Positions 54,162-64,000 of a stretch of DNA of 64,000 nucleotides are shown one piece after another (position 1 is the first letter of the stretch; each line of letters opens with the position of its first letter). This stretch comes from Dechloromonas sp. (lineage in GTDB: Bacteria > Pseudomonadota > Gammaproteobacteria > Burkholderiales > Rhodocyclaceae), in assembly GCA_016790965.1 (NCBI GenBank), contig JAEUNZ010000001.1, forward strand, positions 27,095-91,094. Direction: 5' to 3'. The position numbers and the translations under genes were made by a program. The notes beneath the pieces were generated by a model. It made no database searches and was not told where the DNA came from. It worked only from the letters and a program-made list of their open reading frames with translations.

Positions 54162-54847
54162 GACAGGGGAACGGCTTCCCGCGGCCCGGCAACCCGGGCC
54201 AGGGCGGCGGAAACCAGTTCGCCCAGACGCTCCAGGTAGAGGGTTCCCATGTCGGCGAAGAAGCGCTGGGGGTCTTCACTGCCCAAGGCGACGAGGCCGA
54301 TGGTACCGCCGCCGTTGCGCAGCGCAACGAGGGCCTGGGAGCGTATGTGACCGGCGTGCTCGCCAAACCATGCCGCAGTGCCGAAGCCGGCGGTGCCACC
54401 GCAGTAGGGCCGTGCCAGACCCTCGGCGAAGGCTTGGAGTTCCTCGCCCACGGCAGCGAACTCGGGCAGGTCGTCGATGCCTTCCGGCTTGTCCCACAGG
54501 CGCAGCGCCACATGGGGAATGGAGAAGTCGTCGCGCAGATGGAAGTTGAGCAAATGGATGACCGCCTGGAAAGTCTCGGCAGCGATGAGGGCGACGGCCA
54601 GGCGATGCACCTTTTCGCTGATGGCGTCGTTTTCCTCGCCAAAGGCGATCAGCTCGGCCAGCTTGCTCTCCACCTGACGATTGGTTTCCCGCATCACCAG
54701 CATTTGCCGCTCGTTGAGGGAAATGGCCCGGCCGCCGTGGGGATGGGGGACGTAGAGCTGGGCCAGGAGTTCGGCGTTCTGGTCGAAGAAGGCCGGGTTG
54801 GCCTGGAGGAAACGCACCACCTCATCGGCGGAAAGCAGGGAATTCAT
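54158..54847 (-). CDS. DUF484 family protein (GAF-like)
   Basis: 229 aa. Overlaps both the dapF stop and the xerC start by 4 nt. Conserved middle gene of the dapF-xerC operon. Confidence 0.85.
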   Translation of the reverse strand: MNSLLSADEVVRFLQANPAFFDQNAELLAQLYVPHPHGGRAISLNERQMLVMRETNRQVESKLAELIAFGEENDAISEKVHRLAVALIAAETFQAVIHLLNFHLRDDFSIPHVALRLWDKPEGIDDLPEFAAVGEELQAFAEGLARPYCGGTAGFGTAAWFGEHAGHIRSQALVALRNGGGTIGLVALGSEDPQRFFADMGTLYLERLGELVSAALARVAGPREAVPLS

Positions 54848-55674
54848 AGGTCGATTTCTCCGGTGAAGACGGGGGTCGCGGGGCCGGTCATCAGCACCGG
54901 CTGACCGGGGCCGCCCCAGGCGATGCAGAGGTCGCCGCCCCGGGTGGCCATGCGCACGGGGGAGTCAAGCAAACCCCGGCGGATTCCCACGACCGCAGCG
55001 GCGCAGGCGCCCGTGCCGCAGGCCAGCGTTTCACCCGAGCCGCGCTCGAAGACGCGCAGACGGGCGCTGTGCCGATCAAGTACTTGCAGAAATCCGGCGT
55101 TGACCCGTTGGGGAAAACGCGGGTGGCATTCGATGAGCGGACCCTCCACGCCCACGGGGGCAGCGTCCACATCCGCCACCACCTGCACGGCATGGGGATT
55201 GCCCATGGAGACGACGCTGATGTTCACGCTGCAGCCGGCTACGTCCAGAGGCTGGACGACGGCGTCGGAATCGCTCACGAAGGGAATGTCGGCGGGGGCA
55301 AAGCGGGGGACGCCCATATCGACGGTGACCTCGCCGTTGTCCTCCAGGCGGGGCCCGATGATGCCGTTCCTGGTCTCGACCCGGATTTCCCGCTTGCCCG
55401 TCAGGCCTGCATCGTGGACGAAGCGCACGAAGCAACGGGCGCCGTTGCCGCACTGTTCCACTTCGCCGCCGTCGGCGTTGAAGATGCGGTAGCGGAAATC
55501 GACCCCGGGGCTGCCGGGGGCTTCCACCAACAGAATCTGGTCGCAGCCCACGCCGAAATGGCGATCGGCCAGGAAGCGCAATTGCTCGGGTGTCAGGTCG
55601 ATGCGCTGGCGAACGCCGTCCAGAACGACAAAATCATTGCCCAACCCGTGCATCTTGGTGAATTTCAGCTTCAC
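54844..55674 (-). CDS. dapF: Diaminopimelate epimerase
   Basis: [15 protein letters not shown].. N-terminus and both catalytic Cys motifs (..EQCGNGARC.., ..[10 protein letters not shown]..). Confidence 0.93.
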   Translation of the reverse strand: MKLKFTKMHGLGNDFVVLDGVRQRIDLTPEQLRFLADRHFGVGCDQILLVEAPGSPGVDFRYRIFNADGGEVEQCGNGARCFVRFVHDAGLTGKREIRVETRNGIIGPRLEDNGEVTVDMGVPRFAPADIPFVSDSDAVVQPLDVAGCSVNISVVSMGNPHAVQVVADVDAAPVGVEGPLIECHPRFPQRVNAGFLQVLDRHSARLRVFERGSGETLACGTGACAAAVVGIRRGLLDSPVRMATRGGDLCIAWGGPGQPVLMTGPATPVFTGEIDL

Positions 55675-55788
55675 TACGACCCCGCTTAAGATTGCAAAAA
55701 TGATAACAGAGACATGGTGTTATCTCAAATTTCAGAGAAATTAGATGAAATCTCGCGACCGAATCCAGGTCACTGTCCGTCCGTCCCC

Positions 55789-56292
55789 TCAAAGACGCTT
55801 TTCCATCACGTAATCGTCCATGACGTAGCCGCCGCCGATGTCGTCGACGGTGCTGGTGCGTACCTCGAAACCGTATTTTCGATAGGACGCGATGGCCCGG
55901 GCGTTGCGCTTGTTCACCTGCAGGATGAGGCAGGGGTAGCCCTGGCTGCGGGCGCGCGCCGCGACGTGGGCGATGAGTTGCCCACCCACGCCCTGGCGCT
56001 GGGCATCAGGATGAATGTAGAGCTTGTCCAGCTTGAATTCGCCGTTGAACAGCTCGCTGAAGGCGAACCCGACCCGGCGGCCGGCATGGAAAGCCTGATC
56101 GAGCCACTTGTGGGCGTCTTCCAGATCGTCGTAAAGGCGCTCGTGGCCGTAGCGCTGCTCCAGCATGAAGTCGATCTGCTCCTGGGTGATGATCCCGGGA
56201 TAGCTCGCCTGCCAGATTTCCCGTGCCAGCGCGGCGATGGCAGGCACGTCGGGATAGGTTACCGGCCGGATGTCTACGGTAAGGGCGCTCAT
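55789..56292 (-). CDS. GNAT-family N-acetyltransferase
   Basis: 167 aa with acetyl-CoA binding motif A (..IHPDAQRQGVGGQLI..). Confidence 0.85.
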   Translation of the reverse strand: MSALTVDIRPVTYPDVPAIAALAREIWQASYPGIITQEQIDFMLEQRYGHERLYDDLEDAHKWLDQAFHAGRRVGFAFSELFNGEFKLDKLYIHPDAQRQGVGGQLIAHVAARARSQGYPCLILQVNKRNARAIASYRKYGFEVRTSTVDDIGGGYVMDDYVMEKRL

Positions 56293-56470
56293 GATGGTCC
56301 TCTGTTCTCCTGCCGGTTTTGTGGTGGCGTCGCGCTACTGCCCCGGAAGCGGCCCGGCTTCCCCGCTTCCTGTTGTTTCCACCGCACTGCAAGTCGTCCC
56401 CGCACGCCGGAAAACCCGCGCATTGTCCCACGCTGGCCGCAGTCCTTCGAGCCTCCGGGACCGGAGTGGG

Positions 56471-57325
56471 TTATTCCCCGGTCTGCGGCGTAGGGGGCGC
56501 TTCGGCTCCCGAGGGACGCTTGTAGCGGTTGTAGCCCCATAGATACTGCACCGGGCACTGACGGATGAGGGACTCGATTTCGCGGTTGATGGCGGCAGCC
56601 CGCGCCACCGTATCCCCCACCAGGGCCTGTTGCGGGGCGCTGAAGTGGATACGGTAGCCCTGCCCATCCGGCAGGCGCTCGCCCCAGGTCATCAACACCG
56701 TGGCGCCCGTTTCGGAAAGGCGCGCCGCCAGCGTCATGGTGTAGGCCGGCCGGGCAAAGAAATCGAGCCAGACGCCCTCGCCGGTCTTGGGGGCCTGATC
56801 GGGCAGGATGCCGACCGCCTGTCCCTTGCGCAGGGCCTTGATGAGAGCCCGCACGCCGGAAAGGTCGGCGGGCGCGAGGTGCAGATTGCTGCGTCTTCGG
56901 CCGGTCTCGATGAGCTGTTGCAGGGCGGTCTGACGCGGGGGGCGGTAGAGCACGGTGATGTCGCCCAGGGACGAGAGGTATTGGGCCGTAATCTCGAAAC
57001 AGCCCAGGTGTCGAGTGAGGTAGAGCACACCCTTGCCGGCCGCCATGGCCTCCTGGACCAGGGGCAGGCCCACTACCTCGACCACCTGGGCGTTGGCTTC
57101 CTCCAGGGTGCGCAACCAGATGCGGGAAAGCTCCAGGGCCTGCTTGCCCGCCTCCGCCGCCGCGGGCAGCGCGAGATTGCGGTCCAGCCCGGCCTGGGAG
57201 AGATTGGCTTTGAGATGGCGCCGGTAAGTGGGGGAAAGCCAGTAGGTCAGGCGCCCGGCCAGCCCTCCGAGGGCATGGACCCACCCGAGGGGCAGCCGGC
57301 TCAGGAGGCGAAACAGGAAGATCAT
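56471..57325 (-). CDS. Lipid A biosynthesis (Kdo)2-lipid IVA acyltransferase family protein (LpxL/HtrB-like)
   Basis: Preferred start is the internal ATG (MIFLFRLLSRLPLGWVHALGGLAG..), the typical LpxL N-terminal anchor. The H-x4-(D/E)-like motif appears as ..TRHLGCFE... The track ORF extends to 57364. Confidence 0.78.
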   Translation of the reverse strand: MIFLFRLLSRLPLGWVHALGGLAGRLTYWLSPTYRRHLKANLSQAGLDRNLALPAAAEAGKQALELSRIWLRTLEEANAQVVEVVGLPLVQEAMAAGKGVLYLTRHLGCFEITAQYLSSLGDITVLYRPPRQTALQQLIETGRRRSNLHLAPADLSGVRALIKALRKGQAVGILPDQAPKTGEGVWLDFFARPAYTMTLAARLSETGATVLMTWGERLPDGQGYRIHFSAPQQALVGDTVARAAAINREIESLIRQCPVQYLWGYNRYKRPSGAEAPPTPQTGE

Positions 57326-57482
57326 GGAACCGGGGTTTGCAACGGGCGGGGAAAAGGCTAGCATTATCGGATCGCCGAGTTAAACAGACAACTTGCGGGG
57401 CGATTCAGAAATTCTGCTAAAGCGTCGCCAGCTCGTGGTCCGAAGCCGGTAACGCCGGACAACAGGACCGCTGGAGCTTCAA

Positions 57483-58646
57483 GTGAGCGAATACTTCTTC
57501 ACTTCGGAATCGGTTTCCGAAGGCCATCCCGACAAGGTCGCCGATCAGATTTCCGACGCCATCCTGGACGCCATTCTGGCCCAGGACAAGCATTCCCGCG
57601 TCGCCGCCGAAACGCTGTGCAACACCGGCCTGGTCGTCCTGGCCGGCGAAATCACCACGGCCGCCAACGTGGATTACATCCAGGTGGCCCGCGACACCAT
57701 CAAGCGCATCGGCTACGACAACACCGAATACGGCATCGACTACAAGGGCTGCGCCGTGCTGGTGGCCTACGACAAACAGAGCCCGGACATCGCCCAGGGC
57801 GTGAACAAGGCTTACGACGACAACCTCGGCCAGGGCGCCGGGGACCAGGGCCTCATGTTCGGTTACGCCTGCGACGAAACCCCGGTGCTGATGCCCCTGC
57901 CCATCCATCTCTCGCATCGGCTGGTCGAGCGCCAGGCCATGCTGCGCAAGGACGGCCGCCTGCCCTGGGCCCGCCCGGACGCCAAGTCCCAGGTCACCAT
58001 CAAGTACGTGGACGGCAAGCCCCACAGCATCGACACCGTGGTGCTGTCCACCCAGCACTCTCCGGACATCAGCCTGGAAGACCTGCGCGAAGCCACCATC
58101 GAGGAAATCATCAAGCCGGTGCTGCCCAAGGAACTGATCAAGGGGGACATCAAGTACCTGGTGAATCCCACCGGACGCTTCGTCGTCGGCGGCCCCCAAG
58201 GCGACTGCGGCCTCACCGGGCGCAAGATCATCGTCGACACCTACGGCGGGGCCGCCCCCCACGGCGGGGGCGCCTTCTCCGGCAAGGATCCCTCCAAGGT
58301 GGACCGTTCCGCCGCCTACGCCGGCCGCTATGTGGCCAAGAACGTCGTCGCCGCCGGCCTGGCCTCCCGCTGCCTGGTGCAGGTCTCCTACGCCATCGGC
58401 GTCGCCGAGCCGACCTCGGTCATGGTGGAAACCTTCGGTACCGGCAAGGTCAGCAACGAAACCCTCACCGCGCTGATCCGCAAACACTTCGACCTGCGCC
58501 CCAAGGGCATCGTCAATATGCTCGACCTGCTCCGCCCCATCTACCAGAAGACGGCAGCCTATGGCCACTTCGGCCGCGACGAACCGGAGTTCAGTTGGGA
58601 AGCGACGGATCGCGCGGCGTTGCTCCGCAACGACGCCGGGCTGTAA
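57483..58646 (+). CDS. metK: S-adenosylmethionine synthetase
   Basis: GTG start. ..[13 protein letters not shown].., [28 protein letters not shown]. Confidence 0.95.
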   Translation: MSEYFFTSESVSEGHPDKVADQISDAILDAILAQDKHSRVAAETLCNTGLVVLAGEITTAANVDYIQVARDTIKRIGYDNTEYGIDYKGCAVLVAYDKQSPDIAQGVNKAYDDNLGQGAGDQGLMFGYACDETPVLMPLPIHLSHRLVERQAMLRKDGRLPWARPDAKSQVTIKYVDGKPHSIDTVVLSTQHSPDISLEDLREATIEEIIKPVLPKELIKGDIKYLVNPTGRFVVGGPQGDCGLTGRKIIVDTYGGAAPHGGGAFSGKDPSKVDRSAAYAGRYVAKNVVAAGLASRCLVQVSYAIGVAEPTSVMVETFGTGKVSNETLTALIRKHFDLRPKGIVNMLDLLRPIYQKTAAYGHFGRDEPEFSWEATDRAALLRNDAGL

Positions 58647-58753
58647 GCGAAGCGCACAGCCCGCCCGCGTAGCGGCGATCCTTCGCTGGGTGGAGGCTAA
58701 CCGGTCCGCACCGCGGGCCGGTTAAGGTGCGCAGCACCGGCCGCAGCCAAAAC

Positions 58754-58813
58754 ACGGATCGGGCAGCGTTGCTGCGCAACGATGCGGGCCTACAAGCGAT
58801 GCTTGCAGGCCCG
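58754..58813 (+). repeat. Degenerate second copy of the metK 3' end plus its terminator hairpin
   Basis: ~60 nt (ACGGATCGGGCAGCGTTGCTGCGCAACGATGCGGGCCTACAAGCGATGCTTGCAGGCCCG) align position-for-position with 58605..58663 (the last 13 metK codons, stop and hairpin), with roughly four in five bases identical by eye. Copy 2 still translates as ..[12 protein letters not shown]. Confidence 0.6.
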
Positions 58814-58886
58814 TCGGCACGCCAATCCGCGGATTTAGCCCAAAGAGGGAGCCAGCCGGCTCCCCTTTTCGCTAGAATTTCGCCCC

Positions 58887-60080
58887 ATGCTCAAAAAAAT
58901 CCGTGTCGCCGACCTCAAGCTAGGCATGCACCTGCACGCCTTCTGCGGGGCTTGGCTTGAACATCCTTTCTGGCGCACCAAGTTCGTTCTCAAGGATCCC
59001 CGCGACCTCGCCCTGATCCGCGAAAGCTCCATCCAGGAAGTCTGGATCGATTCATCCAAGGGTCTGGACGTGGAACCCGCCAAGACGGTCGAAGCCAGCG
59101 TCGAGCCACCGCCCCTGCCGGAACCCGAGGCATTGCCAGCAAAGGCGAGCTTTCAGGATGAAGTGAAGCGCGCCGCCAAGATTTGCGCCAAATCGAAGGA
59201 AGCCGTGGTGTCCATGTTCCAGGAAGTGCGCATGGGCAAGGCCATCGATGCGGATCAGGCCCAGGGTCTGGTGGAGGAGATCTCCAATTCCGTCATGCGT
59301 AACCCGGGCGCTCTCATTAGCTTGGCCCGCTTGAAGACCGCAGACGATTACACCTACATGCACTCGGTGGCGGTATGTGCTCTGATGATCGCTTTGGCCC
59401 GACAGCTGGGCCTGGATGACCATGAGACGCGTCAGGCGGGTATGGCGGGGCTACTCCACGATCTGGGCAAAGCCCTCATGCCGCCCGAAATCCTCAACAA
59501 GCCGGGCAAGCTGACGGACGAGGAATTCGCCGTCATGAAGACCCATCCGGCCGAAGGCCACAAGCTGCTCCTTGAGGGCGAGGGGGTCAGCGAGATCATG
59601 AAGGACGTCTGCCTGCACCATCACGAGAAGGTGGACGGCAGCGGCTATCCTGAGCGCCTGAATGGCGAAACCATGAGTCTCTTTGCCAAGATGGGCGCCG
59701 TATGTGACGTGTACGACGCAGTGACCTCGAACCGCCCCTACAAGGCTGGCTGGGATCCGGCCGAGTCCATCAAGCGCATGGCCGAGTGGCAGGGGCATTT
59801 CGACCCGGCGGTGTTTCAGGCCTTTGTAAAGAGTCTCGGCATCTATCCCATCGGATCCCTGGTGCGGCTCCATTCCGGTCGCCTGGGGGTCGTGGTCGAG
59901 CAGAGCGAAAAGTCGCTTCTGGTCCCCAAGGTCAAAGTGTTCTTTTCCACCAAGTCCCGCGCCTACATCAAGCCAGAACTGCTCGATCTTTCCCGCCCCG
60001 GTGCCCTCGACAAGATCGTCGGCCGGGAGAACGCCGCCCGCTGGGGCATCAAGGATATCGACCAGTACTGGGCGGGCTAG
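58887..60080 (+). CDS. HD-GYP domain c-di-GMP phosphodiesterase with DUF3391-type N-domain
   Basis: The N-terminus MLKKIRVADLKLGMHLH.. is typical of DUF3391. HD motif ..LLHDLGK.. and ..HHEKVDGSGYP.. (GYP). Confidence 0.85.
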   Translation: MLKKIRVADLKLGMHLHAFCGAWLEHPFWRTKFVLKDPRDLALIRESSIQEVWIDSSKGLDVEPAKTVEASVEPPPLPEPEALPAKASFQDEVKRAAKICAKSKEAVVSMFQEVRMGKAIDADQAQGLVEEISNSVMRNPGALISLARLKTADDYTYMHSVAVCALMIALARQLGLDDHETRQAGMAGLLHDLGKALMPPEILNKPGKLTDEEFAVMKTHPAEGHKLLLEGEGVSEIMKDVCLHHHEKVDGSGYPERLNGETMSLFAKMGAVCDVYDAVTSNRPYKAGWDPAESIKRMAEWQGHFDPAVFQAFVKSLGIYPIGSLVRLHSGRLGVVVEQSEKSLLVPKVKVFFSTKSRAYIKPELLDLSRPGALDKIVGRENAARWGIKDIDQYWAG

Positions 60081-60115
60081 TAGCCTGCCGGGCCGAATCC
60101 TGGCCGACCCCGGGC

Positions 60116-60144
60116 TGTCCATCGCCAGCCGAAGTCCTTATAAT
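60116..60144 (+). promoter_or_regulatory. Candidate sigma-70 promoter of the ahcY leader
   Basis: Perfect -10 TATAAT at 60139..60144, with a weak -35 TGTCCA 17 nt upstream. It would place the TSS just before the riboswitch. Confidence 0.45.
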
Positions 60145-60149
60145 CAACC

Positions 60150-60215
60150 CCCTACCGAGGAGCGCTGCAAGGGCGATCGCCCTCAGGCTCGGTTCTAAAC
60201 GGCGCTCATTCGACC
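60150..60215 (+). ncRNA. SAH (S-adenosylhomocysteine) riboswitch
   Basis: The leader of ahcY contains CCGAGGAGCGCUGCAAGGGCGAUCGCCCUCAGGCUCGGUUCUAAACGGCGCUCA. Pairings visible in sequence: CCGAG (60155-59) with CUCGG (60188-92), GAGCGC (60161-66) with GCGCUC (60202-07), and an internal hairpin GGGCG-AU-CGCCC. The conserved AGGCUCGG and AACGGCGCUC blocks match the SAH riboswitch consensus as I remember it, and the ahcY context is canonical. Confidence 0.8.
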
Positions 60216-60312
60216 AACCCGTGCCGGCACGGGACGGTGGATGAGCTTGGCAGGCCCTCGACGCGCCGCCCCCGCTTTCCCCTCCCCCCGGCCACTTGTT
60301 TGAGGAGTTCGC

Positions 60313-61722
<1,410 letters not shown>

Positions 61723-61773
61723 TGCACCCGCCGGCCCCGCCCGGGGCCGGCTCGCTTTCGAGAGGAGGCCCGC

Positions 61774-62127
61774 ATGTTCAAGCTGCTTGCCGTCTGGGGC
61801 ATCAACGCCATCGCGCTGATCGCCCTGCCCTATGTCGTGCCCTCCATCTCGGTGGCGAGTTTCGCCACCGCCCTCTGGGTGGCCCTGGTGCTGGGCCTCA
61901 TCAACACCCTGCTGCGGCCGCTGCTCATTCTCCTCACCCTGCCGGTGACGCTCCTGACCCTCGGATTATTCATCTTCGTCATCAACGCCCTGCTTTTCCA
62001 GTTGGCGGGCCATCTGGTTGAGGGATTCCACGTCGGCGGGTTCTGGTCGGCCTTCTTCGGGTCCATCGGCTACAGCCTGATTTCCTGGATTCTCGCGACC
62101 GTCCTCCTCTCGGGCAAGCGCGACTGA
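61774..62127 (+). CDS. DUF360 / phage-holin-4-like small membrane protein
   Basis: 117 aa, 4 TM (..GLINTLLRPLLILLTLPVTLLTLGLFIFVINA..). Sits between ahcY and metF, as is conserved in betaproteobacteria. Confidence 0.75.
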   Translation: MFKLLAVWGINAIALIALPYVVPSISVASFATALWVALVLGLINTLLRPLLILLTLPVTLLTLGLFIFVINALLFQLAGHLVEGFHVGGFWSAFFGSIGYSLISWILATVLLSGKRD

Positions 62128-62129
62128 AC

Positions 62130-62870
62130 ATGCGCGCCGACCAGCTCCTCGTCGCCAGCGGCCTCGCCGCCTCCCGCACCGCGGCCCAGCGGCTCATCGC
62201 CGCCGGCCGCGTCCGCTGGGATGGCGAACCGGTGGCCAAGCCGGCCCAGGAGCTGCCCTCCGACGACCATCTGGAGATCATCGCCGACCCCGCCGACCGC
62301 TATGTCTCCCGCGGCGGCCTCAAGCTGGCCGGTGCCCTGGCCGCAACCGGCATCGCCGTGGCCGGAAAGGCCTGCCTCGACGTCGGCCAGTCCACCGGCG
62401 GTTTCACCGACTGCCTGCTCCAGGCCGGTGCTGCCCTCGTGGTCGGTGTCGACGTGGGCCACGGGCAACTGCACCCCCGCCTGGCCGGCGACTCGCGCGT
62501 CTCGGCCCTCGAGGGCATCAACTGCCGCGCCCTGACCGCCGCCGGCCTGGGGACCAGTATGCCCCCGACCGGCTTCGACCTCATCGTCGGCGACGTTTCC
62601 TTCATTTCCCTCACTCTGGTACTCCCCCAGCTGCCGCCCCTCCTGGCAGCCGGGGGCGACCTGTTGCTCCTGGTCAAACCTCAGTTCGAGGTCGGCCCCG
62701 GCGGCCTCGGCAAAGGCGGCATCGTCCGTGACCCGGCGCTCTACGCCGAGGTCGAGGGCAAGCTGCGTCGCAGTGCCACGGACCTGGGCCTCACCGTCCG
62801 CGCCTGGATCGACAGCCCGATTCCGGGCGGCGACGGCAATCGCGAATTTTTCATCTGGCTGAATAAATGA
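62130..62870 (+). CDS. tlyA: TlyA-family 16S/23S rRNA (cytidine-2'-O)-methyltransferase
   Basis: N-terminal S4 domain (MRADQLLVASGLAASRTAAQRLI..), FtsJ-like SAM motif LDVGQSTGGFTD, and ..LVKPQFE... Confidence 0.85.
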   Translation: MRADQLLVASGLAASRTAAQRLIAAGRVRWDGEPVAKPAQELPSDDHLEIIADPADRYVSRGGLKLAGALAATGIAVAGKACLDVGQSTGGFTDCLLQAGAALVVGVDVGHGQLHPRLAGDSRVSALEGINCRALTAAGLGTSMPPTGFDLIVGDVSFISLTLVLPQLPPLLAAGGDLLLLVKPQFEVGPGGLGKGGIVRDPALYAEVEGKLRRSATDLGLTVRAWIDSPIPGGDGNREFFIWLNK

Positions 62871-63691
62871 AAACCGAAATCTCCATCGAATTCTTCCCGC
62901 CCGGAACTCCCGAAGGGGTAGAAAAGCTGCGCGTCGTTCGCGGCAAACTGGCCGAATTGAAGCCGGCCTTCTTTTCCGTCACTTTTGGCGCCGGCGGCTC
63001 GACCCGGGAGCGCACCTTCGCCGTAGTCAAGGAAATGGCCGCCGAGGGACTGGACGCGGCCCCCCACCTGTCCTGCATCGGCTCCACCCGGGACAATATC
63101 CGGGAAATCCTGGCCGACTATCGGGCCGCCGGCATCCGCCGCATTGTCGCCCTGCGCGGCGATTTGCCTTCCGGCATGGCCGTGACCGGCGAGTTCCGCT
63201 ACGCCAACGAACTGGTGGAATTCATTCGCGCCGAGACCGGCGATCACTTCAGTCTGGAAGTTGCCGCCTACCCGGAATGGCACCCCCAGTCCCGTAATCC
63301 TCGGGAAGACCTGGCGAATTTCGCGCGCAAGGTGAAGGCAGGCGCCAATTCGGCCATCACCCAATACTTCTACAATGCCGACGCCTATTTTCACTTCGTG
63401 GACGAAGCCCGGTCCCTGGGCGTGGATGTTCCCATCGTTCCCGGCATCATGCCCATCGGTAGCTTCTCCAAACTTGCCCGCTTCTCGGACGCCTGCGGCG
63501 CCGAGATTCCCCGCTGGATGCGCCGAAAGTTCGAAAGCTTCGGCGACGACGCCGATTCCATCCGCGCCTTCGGTCTGGACGTTGTTAGCGACCTATGTGA
63601 GCGCTTGCTCACAGGAGGCGCACCCGGCCTGCATTTTTACTGTATGAACCAGTCCGAATTGACTAGGGAAATCTGCCGCCGGCTGACATAG
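62867..63691 (+). CDS. metF: 5,10-methylenetetrahydrofolate reductase
   Basis: ..SIEFFPP..., ..ALRGD.., ..AAYPE.H.., ..TQ.FY. The start overlaps the tlyA stop (ATGA). Confidence 0.92.
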   Translation: MKTEISIEFFPPGTPEGVEKLRVVRGKLAELKPAFFSVTFGAGGSTRERTFAVVKEMAAEGLDAAPHLSCIGSTRDNIREILADYRAAGIRRIVALRGDLPSGMAVTGEFRYANELVEFIRAETGDHFSLEVAAYPEWHPQSRNPREDLANFARKVKAGANSAITQYFYNADAYFHFVDEARSLGVDVPIVPGIMPIGSFSKLARFSDACGAEIPRWMRRKFESFGDDADSIRAFGLDVVSDLCERLLTGGAPGLHFYCMNQSELTREICRRLT

Positions 63692-63730
63692 AATAGCCCC
63701 ATCCCTTCCCTCACTGCGGGGGCTGTACCC

Positions 63731-64000
63731 TTGTCCGACCCCACCCTTCCCGCTGCGCCCGGGGACCGGGCCTACGCCCCGGCGGGGTGGTTGCGCTTGT
63801 TGCCGGGCGCTTTTCTGATTGCCGGGTTGGCAACCACCGGGCTCGTATGGTGGAACGCCCGCAGTGATGGCGGCGCCGCGCTGCAAAGGGAATTCGAAGC
63901 CCAGGCCACCACGGTGACGCGGGAACTGGAAGGCCGCCTCAAGGACACCAGTGAGCTTCTGCGCGGCGTCGTCGGACTGTTCGCCGCCAATCCGGAGCTG
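63731..64000 (+). CDS. Possible 5' end of a membrane sensor protein (partial, runs off the window)
   Basis: Not in the track because it is open at the edge. A TTG at 63731 opens a stop-free frame to 64000: LSDPTLPAAPGDRAYAPAGWLRLLPGAFLIAGLATTGLVWWNARSDGGAALQREFEAQATTVTRELEGRLKD.. It reads as a TM helix followed by an extracytoplasmic sensor-like start. Only weak support. Confidence 0.3.
   Translation, partial: MSDPTLPAAPGDRAYAPAGWLRLLPGAFLIAGLATTGLVWWNARSDGGAALQREFEAQATTVTRELEGRLKDTSELLRGVVGLFAANPEL

Noticed and set aside
57365-57482. Possible SAM riboswitch in the metK leader
   Set aside because: I looked for SAM-II-like or SAM/SAH-like features. Only a weak GGCGA..TCGCC stem with an AAAGCG segment is present, and no convincing pseudoknot or conserved core. 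It is not supportable without a covariance-model search.
57417-58568. 383-aa ORF on the minus strand
   Set aside because: It is antisense to metK and shows the same artefact composition.
61774-62127. 'Phage holin 4'-like protein as a prophage remnant
   Set aside because: There are no other phage genes. This DUF360 gene is a conserved passenger between ahcY and metF in betaproteobacteria.
62130-62870. TlyA 'hemolysin' as a virulence factor
   Set aside because: The S4 domain and FtsJ-type SAM motifs indicate the rRNA 2'-O-methyltransferase function. The hemolysin label is historical.

Overview
This is a visibly high-GC proteobacterial chromosome segment. Gene content and synteny (dapF-DUF484-xerC; metK ... 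SAH-riboswitch-ahcY-DUF360-tlyA-metF) suggest a betaproteobacterium, possibly Rhodocyclales-like. That placement is inference only, since no search was possible. About 60 protein genes can be supported. I found no rRNA, tRNA or CRISPR array.

Most of the window is housekeeping or physiology:
- potABCD polyamine uptake
- an otsA-otsB-GH15-mscS osmoprotection operon
- nhaD with a divergent LysR regulator
- the prkA-yeaH-ycgB stress module
- an arginase/ornithine-aminotransferase fusion gene
- an ECF sigma/anti-sigma pair
- acetoacetyl-CoA synthetase
- the activated-methyl-cycle cluster

Accessory or unusual parts:
1. A Type I restriction-modification island (33.9-41.6 kb) has atypical gene order: hsdR-hsdS-X are translationally coupled, and hsdM is isolated behind a 438-bp palindrome-rich spacer. 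X is a Schlafen/AlbA_2 + HATPase_c_4-type protein. This is my best candidate for a non-standard defence module.
2. A sigma-54 two-component pair is followed by a predicted -24/-12 promoter, two tiny secreted proteins and an outer-membrane barrel (1.3-5.8 kb).
3. An internally deleted IS256-family remnant borders a less GC-rich DUF4212/solute-symporter/two-component block (9.9-15.4 kb).
4. An all-secreted cluster holds two MlaC paralogs around a DUF1134 protein and a His/Gly-tailed protein (49.8-52.3 kb).

Smaller observations:
- a decayed GntP-permease/pirin junction behind an orphan sigma-54 promoter
- a REP-like palindrome inside the pot operon
- a 104-bp element with perfect 23-bp terminal inverted repeats
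- a duplicated metK 3' end
- a C9 homopolymer inside the anti-sigma gene
- a patatin-like protein lacking the canonical GxSxG serine

Many long ORFs in the track are antisense or out-of-frame artefacts of the high GC content and are rejected.
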